From an uncultured virus (IMG/VR IMGVR_UViG_3300018049_000008) (taxonomy: Duplodnaviria > Heunggongvirae > Uroviricota > Caudoviricetes), in the IMG/VR virus record IMGVR_UViG_3300018049_000008: DNA of 54,894 bases; one strand, given 5' to 3'. Shown in pieces: positions 1 to 8,236 of the stretch (position 1 is its first letter; each line of letters opens with the position of its first letter). A program made the position numbers and the translations under genes. Below the pieces are notes generated by a model. That model was not told the DNA's origin and made no database searches. It saw nothing but the letters and a program-made list of their open reading frames with translations.

Positions 1-350
1 TCGTCGCTTCTCCAATTATTTCTATACGCATATACAGATCTTAAAGCTGTTTCAATTGATCCATATTTTTTTCGAATATTACTATCAAATGTTTGATTAT
101 CAAGAGGTACGTCGTAATAGGGATCAATGATATCGTTAGCATGCAATAACAACCAATCTAAATCAACATCCCCGTACATATTAAATGAGATGTCTTCTAT
201 CTTCTCGCCATCTTGCATTGTGTATTGAAAAAAAGCATCAAAATATTTTCTAACAGTAGATTGAAAATCTACGCGTGTTAAGATATCAACTGATGGAATT
301 CCATTATAGCTGATTAGAGGAAACTTTCTGAAATATTGATTATGTTTCAT
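1..350 (-). CDS. gp53: Baseplate wedge subunit gp53 (partial, runs off window start)
   Basis: Manual translation from ATG at 350: MKHNQYFRKFPLISY...GEKIEDISFNMYGDVDLDWLLLHANDIIDPYYDVPL, a gp53/LysM-like pattern; TAATG overlap with upstream gp48. Confidence 0.85.
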   Translation of the reverse strand, partial: MKHNQYFRKFPLISYNGIPSVDILTRVDFQSTVRKYFDAFFQYTMQDGEKIEDISFNMYGDVDLDWLLLHANDIIDPYYDVPLDNQTFDSNIRKKYGSIETALRSVYAYRNNWRSD

Positions 351-1618
351 TATGCGTCGCCTGATGTGTAATTTTCAACTTCTTGGAAAGTCATATTACA
401 TAAAATTGAAACTGGTTGACCATCTACAAAAAAAGCAGATTGACCTTCGCCTGTATAATTAACGCTAAAAGCACTCACTAAAGCCTTTTTAAATGTACCA
501 TACATTGCAACGTTGTCACCCTCAATAATAGGTTGAACCATTTTTGGATACTTAAGAAAATTATTTTCTTTCTCGGGCAAAATAAATCTCTTAATCATAG
601 TCAATGCCTGAGTCAAATCGTTAGCTTCTTGCTCGCTTCTTGGTACAAACTTCCATGACCATTGGAATTGTCGAAGTTCCATGCCTTTAAAAAATACCGT
701 TGGATGTGGATTAGGAATAGATCCAACAATTTGTCCAGCCAATCCTCCTGCTATATCATTTGCACTTTCTAATGCAGCGAATCCTGCTCGCATCGCGACT
801 TGACCAGCCGCCGACGTTGCATCATCGCCTGTCAATTCAGATAAACTATTAATGAGTGCACTGCCTGCAGATTTCATTCTTTCCGCACCTTTCTTATTGG
901 CAGATTCATTAATAGCAGCTTGAGCAACAGAAGAATTCATCACATCTCCCATAATACCAGTATCACGCTCTTGATATTTGACATTAAATGCAAAACTAAG
1001 ATTGTCAGGCAAAGGTAGTGATATAAATTCCGCAGGATTGACTGAGCCAGCTGCAAACGGATCGCCGCGAGTATAAGTAAAGAATTGTAATTTTACATAT
1101 GCAGCCGCTTCTTGTACAAGATCTGCAGGATAAATGACACCGTTATATCTAAAGTCTGAGATACCAGTAAGCGCTTCTTTAGCGTTTTTCATTTTTTCTT
1201 GAGGTGTTTTAAAATTACTGGGTATACGATTATTCCAGTTTGACAAATCAACAGGTAACTTTGGAAATTCTTGAGTCAAAGGTATCTTATTTTGTACACT
1301 ACTTTGTAATGATCCATTCAATAAAGCTTTTGTATTCTTGTTGAAAACGCCTTGAGATTCTAATTTACCAGCAATGTCGGCGCCGATATTCATGGCAGAG
1401 TTTTGAGTTCTGGACAATTTATTTAATGCAGCAGTAGAATCTGATTGTAACTTACCGGCTGTCGTCGATGGACTACCTAAGTCTTTAATGGCATTAATTT
1501 GTGTCTTTTCATTAAAAGATAGTTTACTCGATAATTGCGCAGCACCGGCTCCAACATTTTTTATTTTCGTATTCAGTGCTTTCGTTGCCGCAGATTTTAT
1601 CTTATCGTTTGTAGGCAT
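350..1618 (-). CDS. gp48: Baseplate tail-tube cap gp48 with long low-complexity N-terminal extension
   Basis: C-terminal IPNPHPTVFFKGMELRQFQWSWKFVPRSEQEA...FQE pattern; position next to gp53. Confidence 0.8.
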   Translation of the reverse strand: MPTNDKIKSAATKALNTKIKNVGAGAAQLSSKLSFNEKTQINAIKDLGSPSTTAGKLQSDSTAALNKLSRTQNSAMNIGADIAGKLESQGVFNKNTKALLNGSLQSSVQNKIPLTQEFPKLPVDLSNWNNRIPSNFKTPQEKMKNAKEALTGISDFRYNGVIYPADLVQEAAAYVKLQFFTYTRGDPFAAGSVNPAEFISLPLPDNLSFAFNVKYQERDTGIMGDVMNSSVAQAAINESANKKGAERMKSAGSALINSLSELTGDDATSAAGQVAMRAGFAALESANDIAGGLAGQIVGSIPNPHPTVFFKGMELRQFQWSWKFVPRSEQEANDLTQALTMIKRFILPEKENNFLKYPKMVQPIIEGDNVAMYGTFKKALVSAFSVNYTGEGQSAFFVDGQPVSILCNMTFQEVENYTSGDA

Positions 1619-1628
1619 TATTTTGTCC

Positions 1629-1636
1629 TATAAATA
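1629..1636 (+). promoter_or_regulatory. T4-type late promoter TATAAATA
   Basis: Exact consensus 5 nt upstream of the gp4 ATG. Confidence 0.8.
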
Positions 1637-1641
1637 GTTGT

Positions 1642-2085
1642 ATGAAGACTTATAAGGGCATCTTCAAGCCTCGTAATCCGGTAAAGTATAAAGGAGACGC
1701 TCACAATATTATTTATAGAAGTCGATGGGAACTGGTGTTCATGAAATATTTAGATGACCACCCTGATGTCCATGAGTGGGCAAGTGAAGAACTAATTATT
1801 CCTTATCGATCTCCTATTGATGGTCGTATGCATCGATACTATCCGGATTTTTGGGTGAAAAAGATTAACAGAGAAGGCAAACTTGATGTGGTCGTAGTTG
1901 AAATTAAACCTTTCAAAGAAACCATAGAGCCAACTCCGCAAAAAACTCTCACTAAAAAGTATTTATATGAAGTGAAGACGTGGGGTGTAAATAGTGCGAA
2001 ATGGACCGAAGCTCGAAAATATTGTAAGGGTAGAGGATGGGATTTTGTGATTATTACAGAAAAAGAACTAGGACTTAAATTCTAA
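1642..2085 (+). CDS. gp4: Head completion protein gp4 (TnsA-like nuclease fold)
   Basis: YKG.FKP.NP.KYKGD..NIIYRSRWE...W.SEE..IPY...YYPDF...EIKP motifs. Confidence 0.92.
   Translation: MKTYKGIFKPRNPVKYKGDAHNIIYRSRWELVFMKYLDDHPDVHEWASEELIIPYRSPIDGRMHRYYPDFWVKKINREGKLDVVVVEIKPFKETIEPTPQKTLTKKYLYEVKTWGVNSAKWTEARKYCKGRGWDFVIITEKELGLKF
1710..1717 (-). promoter_or_regulatory. T4-type late promoter inside gp4, facing gp48/gp53
   Basis: tatttata on + strand; a second copy at 1960-1967. Confidence 0.55.
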
Positions 2086-2690
2086 TGGCAACATATATCT
2101 TTCAACAGATAGCACAACAAGGTAAAGCCGAAGGTCAACTTCCTGGTGACGAAGAAGCACGGGACTGGTACAGAGATACAGCAGGTGCAGTCAAACAAGT
2201 TAATACACGCCGCGAATTAAGAAACAAAGAACGGCTATTTCAAAAAATGACCGAGCTTGATGTTGGTCGTATGTATATGTTTCAATACGATCCAAAGGGC
2301 AAAGAAACATTGCCCTACTATGACATCTTTCCTCTTATCTTCGTTCTCGAAAGATATAATGATGGTTTTCTTGGTATGAATCTACATTATTTGCCACCGA
2401 TATACCGAGCTCGGTTGATGGATAGATTATATGCCATAGAACGAATGGATCAAGTTCGCGAATCAAAAAAACTACGTCTAAGTTATGGTTTATTAAATTC
2501 CGTAGCTAGATATAAATACTTTAGACCTACTGTCAAACGGTATCTAAATAACCATATTAGATCACGCTTTTTATGGATACCGTATGAAGAATGGGATATC
2601 GCTCTGATGTTACCAACAGAGAGATTTAGAAAAGGTAAGAAATCACGTGTATATCGTGATTCTAAGAAACTTATTTTAGGGCAACAATAA
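2085..2690 (+). CDS. gp2: DNA end protector protein gp2
   Basis: GRMYMFQYDPKGKETLPYYDIFPL...GMNLHYLPP motif. Confidence 0.92.
   Translation: MATYIFQQIAQQGKAEGQLPGDEEARDWYRDTAGAVKQVNTRRELRNKERLFQKMTELDVGRMYMFQYDPKGKETLPYYDIFPLIFVLERYNDGFLGMNLHYLPPIYRARLMDRLYAIERMDQVRESKKLRLSYGLLNSVARYKYFRPTVKRYLNNHIRSRFLWIPYEEWDIALMLPTERFRKGKKSRVYRDSKKLILGQQ
2511..2518 (+). promoter_or_regulatory. T4-type late promoter inside gp2, upstream of gp54
   Basis: Exact TATAAATA. Confidence 0.5.
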
Positions 2691-3208
2691 TGGCCATTAA
2701 TCTCAGTCAATGGAAATCTAGATTGCAAGACACCTTGCCTTCACATTCCTTTACTGTAAATATTGCACCGCCAATCGGTGGCACAGAAGAATTGCAATTG
2801 AGAACAGAAGGCGTAAATCTGCCAGGTGTTGCATTTATGTCGGTAGATAATTTTTCTCCATATGGCAATGGTAAAATCTATAATATTCCATATAAGTATA
2901 TGCCACAAGAAGTTTCGATGAATCATTTCTTGGATGAGAAAGCAGATTTATATGCAATCTATAGAGCATGGGCAAATGAAATTGTTGATTTAGATGGAGC
3001 TCAAAAATTTGGTGCAAAATATTTAGCTAAATATGCTATTGATATGAATGTGTTCGTATATAATAGAAAGGGTGATTTAGCAAAAACGATTAAATTCATT
3101 GAAGCATTTCCTACAGTTGTTGAACCTATAGCATTAAATTGGGGTCAAACAGATGATATTGCTAAACTGAATGTTAGTTATAGATTTACGAGATTTGAAA
3201 TTAGTTAA
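2690..3208 (+). CDS. gp54: Tail-tube-like baseplate protein (gp54/gp19 family)
   Basis: V.LPG...EAFPT.V.PI.LNW...D.I..L.V..RF tube-protein pattern; synteny gp2-gp54-gp26. Confidence 0.7.
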   Translation: MAINLSQWKSRLQDTLPSHSFTVNIAPPIGGTEELQLRTEGVNLPGVAFMSVDNFSPYGNGKIYNIPYKYMPQEVSMNHFLDEKADLYAIYRAWANEIVDLDGAQKFGAKYLAKYAIDMNVFVYNRKGDLAKTIKFIEAFPTVVEPIALNWGQTDDIAKLNVSYRFTRFEIS

Positions 3209-3221
3209 TTGGAGTTAGATT

Positions 3222-3932
3222 ATGGGTTTACCATTAATACAGTCGCCGACTTTTGCAATCGTACAACCGTCGACACAAAAAGAAATACTTATCAGACCTT
3301 TTTTGGTTAAAGAAGAAAAGATTCTACTTATCTCAAAAGAGTCAAAGGAAGATAAGGATATCTATGCAGCAGTAAAACAAGTAGTACAAAACTGTGTACT
3401 TAGTGAAGAGTTTAATGTTGAAAATATTCCTGTATATGATTTAGAATATTTGTTTATTAAACTTCGGGCGTATTCGGTAAGTAATATCGTAAAATTTTCT
3501 GTAGAAGATAGTGATGACGGTATCGTGTATGATTTAGAAACAAATTTGGATGATGTTGAGGTTATTTTTCCTGAAGGTCATACAAATAAAATCATGATTA
3601 CTGATACAATCGGTGTAACTTTAAAATCACCTACACCATCACTATCTGAAAAACTAAAAGATTTAAAAAACTTTACTGATATTTTGTATGAAACTATTTT
3701 ACACTGCATCGATTTAGTATTTGATAATGATGAAATTTATGAATGGCACAATTATCCAGATGATGAAAAAGCAATGTTTCTTGATACATTGCCCGTCGAA
3801 TCATATCAAAAGATAAGTGCTTTTTTTGAGACTTCACCTAAAATTGAACATGTTGTTACGTACGAAAATAGTCAAGGAAAAGAGAAAAGAGTTGTGTTTA
3901 GGAGTATCACTGATTTTTTTACGCTGGGCTGA
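3222..3932 (+). CDS. gp26: Baseplate hub subunit gp26
   Basis: LP.I..P.F....PS......RPFLVKEEKILL...DLEYLFIKLRA.SV; ends DFF. Confidence 0.88.
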   Translation: MGLPLIQSPTFAIVQPSTQKEILIRPFLVKEEKILLISKESKEDKDIYAAVKQVVQNCVLSEEFNVENIPVYDLEYLFIKLRAYSVSNIVKFSVEDSDDGIVYDLETNLDDVEVIFPEGHTNKIMITDTIGVTLKSPTPSLSEKLKDLKNFTDILYETILHCIDLVFDNDEIYEWHNYPDDEKAMFLDTLPVESYQKISAFFETSPKIEHVVTYENSQGKEKRVVFRSITDFFTLG

Positions 3933-4111
3933 GTTACATAGACCTCTACACATATTATAAGCTAAGCTTTGATATAACTCAGTACCACAAGTTTTCCTTG
4001 ACAGAAGTAGAGAGTATGATACCTTTCGAAAGGGAGTTGTATTTAGAAATGCTTGTGGCAAAAGTAAAAAAACAAAAAGAAAAAAATCAAACTAGCGTGG
4101 CGGATCTATAA
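3914..4111 (+). CDS. gp51: gp51-like baseplate hub assembly protein; no proper start codon, possibly reached by -1 frameshift from gp26
   Basis: Not in ORF track. Frame reads FFYAGLSYIDLYTYYKLSFDITQYHKFSLTEVESMIPFERELYLEML...DL*; its stop overlaps the next ATG (TAATG). Confidence 0.75.
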   Translation, partial: FFYAGLSYIDLYTYYKLSFDITQYHKFSLTEVESMIPFERELYLEMLVAKVKKQKEKNQTSVADL

Positions 4112-6798
4112 TGGCAGTCGGAGGAATTTTAAGCGTTGGATCAAAAGTTGCTAGCTGGACAGGCAAAGCCGCTAAATGGATGGGTAAAGCTGCAGGTAAA
4201 GGTGCTAAAAAAGCTGGTAAAGCTGCAAAAAAATCCGTAAAAAATAAAGTCAAAAAAATGGTTGGCGCCGGTGCATTTGGTACGATCGGCGGAATCATGG
4301 GCAAATTATTTAGTGGCAAGTCAGCAGGTGGTAGTGCCGCGGATGCAAAAGCTGGTAAATTAGGTGCATCACAGGGTAATAAAACAGCCGGACAACCAAT
4401 ACCTAAAGATGATCCTGTAATTACACTCGAAGGATTAGAGGAAGCTTTTGCTAGAGCAATGCCAAGCCTAGAAGGTTTGGAATCTACTGCTAATCGATCA
4501 GATGCGAATCTTTCAAGTCTTATTATTAGAAAAGACGTTTCAATTGAATTAGATGATCTGCAGGAAGATTTAAATCCTCGTATCAAAGCAGGTACATTCA
4601 TTTCAAGCAGAATATTAGAACTTGGTAATATTCATGCCCTCATCGATAATCTTCGTCAACAACTGACAATCGTTACCGCAGATCTAGATACTACCAATGA
4701 AAACTTAGCAATGATTGCTAAAAAACTTGGATTAGTATTAAAAGAAAATCAAAAAACTAAAAGAGACAATGAAAGACGTCGTGATGAAGAAGAAGCTGAA
4801 GGAAAAGACGGTATAGGCGGTTCGGCATTATTAGACGCGTCTAAAGCTTTTACTGCAGTTGCAACTACAACGTTGGGTATGGGAATACTCGGTGTTATGG
4901 GTATTGCAGTCGGATCACTTTTACTTGATGATTCTGATGATGGCGAGGAAGAAATAGATGATCCACCAGAATTCGATGATACTGGTCTAAGTGAAGAAGA
5001 AAGCGAAGAATCTATATTAGATACTGTAGTTCGCGCTGACGAAGAAACAGGAATTATTGGTGATGTTGCATTAGGAGCCGCCGCCGTTCAAGGTGCAGGT
5101 CTTTTAGCATCAACTGGTGCATTGGGAAGTGGTGCGGTTGCAGCTGGTGCTACAGTAGCCGGTGCTCTAGCAGCTCCAGTCGCAGCAGTAACCGGTGCTT
5201 TTGTTGGTGGATATACTGCCGGTACAGTCTTGTATGAGCACACTGGACTTGGAGATGCAATCGAAGGTGCAATTGCTGCTCACTTTAGAGGTGAAGAAAT
5301 TGATGTTGCGAATGGCACTGATGATGCAGCCATGCGTGAAAAATATGGTAATAAACAAGGAGCAGAATTACTTGGAGATCTATTAGGCGAAGGTTATTTT
5401 GATACAGCCGAAGATCCAGAAGACATTGTATCATTCTTTAAGAAAGTAAAAACATATGATGATTTTCTAAAATTAGACGATGAATATAAAGCAGAATATG
5501 ATCGTCCTATCGTATATGCGCTGTCTGATGCATTAGGTACAGACGGTATGACAAGCATTATGGATATGCTAACTGCTCAATATATTGAAAATAGAGAACC
5601 AAAAGATAGTGCACCAGCACCAAAAGAAAGTGTTTTTGTAGATCAATATGGTGATGAATGGAAAATTGGTAGTGTAGAACGAGGTGCACCATTGCGTGGT
5701 GCTGAAATACCTTCTACTGCTCCTGTGGAAACCAATGAAGACGAAGAAATAAGCCAAGCGGAAATAGATGCTTGGGTTGCATGGGCAAGAAAACCTGATA
5801 GTCGTACGGTAGCTGCCTCAATGCTAAATATAACAGAAGATGAAGTTTCAGACTTTGAAAATGCCAGTGTAGAAGATGTACAGCAACACTTGCAAACTGT
5901 GGAAGCCAATAAAGACGAGCCGGTCGAATTAGTCGTAAAAGAAGAAACGCCAAAAATAGGATCTGGTGTTATACCTGAGCCACCTCTTAGTACTAGTGAT
6001 GAAGTTCAGGAAGAAGTTGTTCAAGAAAAAGAGCTAACTAAAAGTGTAGACTTCGCTGAGCCCGAACCACAAGAAGAAATATCAGCGAAGAAGACACCTA
6101 ATAAAGCAACACAAATGTTGATGCGAGATCTTCTAGAAGATGATCCTATAGCAGATTTTATTGCTGAAGATGAAAGATCTAGTGTCCGAGTCACGCAGGC
6201 TGAGTTAGAAGAACTACCAGCTAGCACTCCCGTGACATCAGCGAAGAAGACACCTAATAAAGCAGCACAAATGTTGATGCAAGATCTTCTAGAAGATGAT
6301 GCTATAGCAGATTTTATTGCTGAAGATGAAAGATCTAGTGTCCGAGTTGCGCGTAAGGTTGCTAATCAAAATATTGGTTTCGAAGATCCATTAATGCGCC
6401 AAGGTGTAATGGGTGGTATTAATGTTTTGCTAGGTGGTGGCGACGCTAAAGCAGAATTAAATCGTATTATTAAAGGTGGTGTTGTAAGACGTAAAATTTC
6501 TGATGAAACCGGTGTCAGTCAAAGTGTAATTCGCGAATCCATAGATTTTGCTGGTGGTGGTGGCGACACTACTCGTATGATCAAAGCCGTACTTAATAAT
6601 GAAGTAATGCCAGAACTTGAAGGTGAGACACGAGAAACAGCTCAAAAAATTATTCCTATCATGATGCCTGTAATGCAAGGTACTCAAACAATTGGTGAAG
6701 CCGCGGGTAATACTGCAAAGAAAGCAATAGGGACCGCAGTATCATCTATCAGTACAGCAGATCATTTCCTCGATGGTGCTGGTCGTCTATACTCATAA
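4111..6798 (+). CDS. Probable tape-measure/baseplate hub protein (gp29 position)
   Basis: 895 aa, Ala/Gly-rich, coiled-coil and hydrophobic segments, directly after gp26/gp51. Confidence 0.55.
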   Translation: MAVGGILSVGSKVASWTGKAAKWMGKAAGKGAKKAGKAAKKSVKNKVKKMVGAGAFGTIGGIMGKLFSGKSAGGSAADAKAGKLGASQGNKTAGQPIPKDDPVITLEGLEEAFARAMPSLEGLESTANRSDANLSSLIIRKDVSIELDDLQEDLNPRIKAGTFISSRILELGNIHALIDNLRQQLTIVTADLDTTNENLAMIAKKLGLVLKENQKTKRDNERRRDEEEAEGKDGIGGSALLDASKAFTAVATTTLGMGILGVMGIAVGSLLLDDSDDGEEEIDDPPEFDDTGLSEEESEESILDTVVRADEETGIIGDVALGAAAVQGAGLLASTGALGSGAVAAGATVAGALAAPVAAVTGAFVGGYTAGTVLYEHTGLGDAIEGAIAAHFRGEEIDVANGTDDAAMREKYGNKQGAELLGDLLGEGYFDTAEDPEDIVSFFKKVKTYDDFLKLDDEYKAEYDRPIVYALSDALGTDGMTSIMDMLTAQYIENREPKDSAPAPKESVFVDQYGDEWKIGSVERGAPLRGAEIPSTAPVETNEDEEISQAEIDAWVAWARKPDSRTVAASMLNITEDEVSDFENASVEDVQQHLQTVEANKDEPVELVVKEETPKIGSGVIPEPPLSTSDEVQEEVVQEKELTKSVDFAEPEPQEEISAKKTPNKATQMLMRDLLEDDPIADFIAEDERSSVRVTQAELEELPASTPVTSAKKTPNKAAQMLMQDLLEDDAIADFIAEDERSSVRVARKVANQNIGFEDPLMRQGVMGGINVLLGGGDAKAELNRIIKGGVVRRKISDETGVSQSVIRESIDFAGGGGDTTRMIKAVLNNEVMPELEGETRETAQKIIPIMMPVMQGTQTIGEAAGNTAKKAIGTAVSSISTADHFLDGAGRLYS
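6081..6347 (+). repeat. 111-bp in-frame direct repeat (6081-6191 and 6237-6347)
   Basis: Three mismatches between copies; offset 156 nt; encodes SAKKTPNKA.QMLM.DLLEDD.IADFIAEDERSSVRV twice. Confidence 0.95.
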
Positions 6799-6998
6799 TG
6801 TATCTGTGTATATGTCATGCAGTTAGAGAATCAGAAGTAGATCGTTATCATCTTATTGGTACCGGTTGTGGTACCTGCATAAAAAAGGGGGCCGAAGCCC
6901 CCAGAGTACCAGCTTCCCAAGCTTATTCATTAGCCAACTTACGGAAGAAGTCAAGTGATTCATCATCGTCATCGAATGATGTACTAACTTCTACCTGA
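6798..6998 (+). CDS. Minimal Bfd-like [2Fe-2S]-binding protein
   Basis: MYLCICHAV...GCGTC (C-x-C-x17-C-x2-C); TAATG coupling to upstream gene. Confidence 0.5.
   Translation: MYLCICHAVRESEVDRYHLIGTGCGTCIKKGAEAPRVPASQAYSLANLRKKSSDSSSSSNDVLTST
6881..6902 (-). terminator. Rho-independent terminator after gp32
   Basis: GGGGGC-TTCG-GCCCCC-TTTTTT on minus strand. Confidence 0.9.
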
Positions 6999-7837
6999 GG
7001 CACAACATCATCAACAGGAGGTTGCCAAGCAGGAGCCTCGGATGGGGCTACAGGAGCTGCGCTAGGTACATCTTCAGCAACTGCATTAACCTGCTGGCCT
7101 CCAAGTACACGATTCAACTTCTGTTGAAGTTCTTCATATGACTTGAAGTTTTTGGGATCGATCAATTCTGCAAGAGGATATTGACGCTTCCATAATGCCT
7201 CGAGCTCGGCATCATCATCAGATACTGCAGATGGTGAGTCGAACGCAGACTTATCATAGTTGCGATATCCTTCAACTTGTCGAATACGTAATCGAAAGTT
7301 AGCACCTTCCCAGAAGTCGAAAGGATTTATTGCGTCTTCGTCTTCAAAGGCAGGATGCATAAGATCATTGATTTTGTCAAAGATCTTCTTACCAAACTCA
7401 TAGAGGAACACTTTGCCCTCATTTTGTGGTGCCGCAGGGTCAGAGACAACCAAGATATTGGCAACGTAGTGAAGGCGGCGCTTCTGCTTACGTGCAATCT
7501 CTTTATCAGACTCAAGGCCAGAGTTCCACAGTTTGGAGTTATACTCGCCGACAGGATCGTCGAGACCAATCGAAGTCAAAGACTTTTCAATGTACCAACC
7601 GCCAGGACCTTGAAAGCCGTGATCCCAATAACGAACAAAGGGTACGTCTTCACCAGCTGGTGCAGGTAGGAAGCGAATGATTGCGGAACCATTTTTAGCC
7701 TGATCGACTGTTGGTTTCCAGAATCGTTCGTCTGGTCCATTGGATTGAGATTGATTGCCACTAACTTTCTCAGCAGCTGCGCTGAGTTTGTCGAATTGTG
7801 ACTTGCGAGAGGATTTTAGCGATGCGAAATCGTTCAT
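6923..7837 (-). CDS. gp32: Single-stranded DNA-binding protein gp32
   Basis: DERFWKP...IRFLPAP...HGFQGPGGWYIE...GKKIFDKI...FDFWEGANF; acidic C-terminal tail. Confidence 0.97.
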   Translation of the reverse strand: MNDFASLKSSRKSQFDKLSAAAEKVSGNQSQSNGPDERFWKPTVDQAKNGSAIIRFLPAPAGEDVPFVRYWDHGFQGPGGWYIEKSLTSIGLDDPVGEYNSKLWNSGLESDKEIARKQKRRLHYVANILVVSDPAAPQNEGKVFLYEFGKKIFDKINDLMHPAFEDEDAINPFDFWEGANFRLRIRQVEGYRNYDKSAFDSPSAVSDDDAELEALWKRQYPLAELIDPKNFKSYEELQQKLNRVLGGQQVNAVAEDVPSAAPVAPSEAPAWQPPVDDVVPQVEVSTSFDDDDESLDFFRKLANE

Positions 7838-7902
7838 ATGTATTTCCTTGTATAACAGTGTATGAGCAGTTTATTCACGTTGTTCATAATGTAACAGTTT
7901 AT

Positions 7903-7931
7903 ATTCTACAGCAAGTGCACTCGAAAGTACA
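7903..7931 (-). promoter_or_regulatory. Early/sigma70-like promoter TGTACT-N17-TAGAAT (gp32)
   Basis: Member of an 8-copy motif family in this window. Confidence 0.65.
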
Positions 7932-7945
7932 CCGCTGCAGAGTAT

Positions 7946-7953
7946 TATTTATA
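7946..7953 (-). promoter_or_regulatory. Late promoter TATAAATA (gp32)
   Basis: Exact consensus in the intergenic region. Confidence 0.7.
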
Positions 7954-8226
7954 TCACTTTGTGGATACAAATTCATAAAGTTCTTTTGCTCTTTTATTAA
8001 TAGCATTTGTATCAGGTGCTTCAGGAATAGCTACTTTCAATTCATCTGAGAGTTCTTTAAGTTTAGAAACAGTTACCTCATTCATTGAAACTTTTTCCAG
8101 AATTTCTTCCATTTTTAAATGAAGCTGCCAGAATGCATTTGATTGTTGATGATACTCGTCCATGCATAAATCGCGAGCCATTTCGAGAACTTTAAATCTT
8201 AATTCGTAAGGTGTTGAGTTTGACAT
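7954..8226 (-). CDS. Conserved T4-like hypothetical protein
   Basis: Start reassigned to ATG 8226 (AAGGA RBS); PYELR..VLEMA...A.ELY.FV pattern. Confidence 0.7.
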   Translation of the reverse strand: MSNSTPYELRFKVLEMARDLCMDEYHQQSNAFWQLHLKMEEILEKVSMNEVTVSKLKELSDELKVAIPEAPDTNAINKRAKELYEFVSTK

Positions 8227-8236
8227 GTGTGTGTCC

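Noticed and set aside
4092..6687. Antisense and alternative-frame ORFs in the ORF track (for example 4092-4601, and many 60-105 aa ORFs elsewhere)
   Set aside because: They lie almost wholly within well-supported genes, lack RBSs and motifs, and look like shadow ORFs
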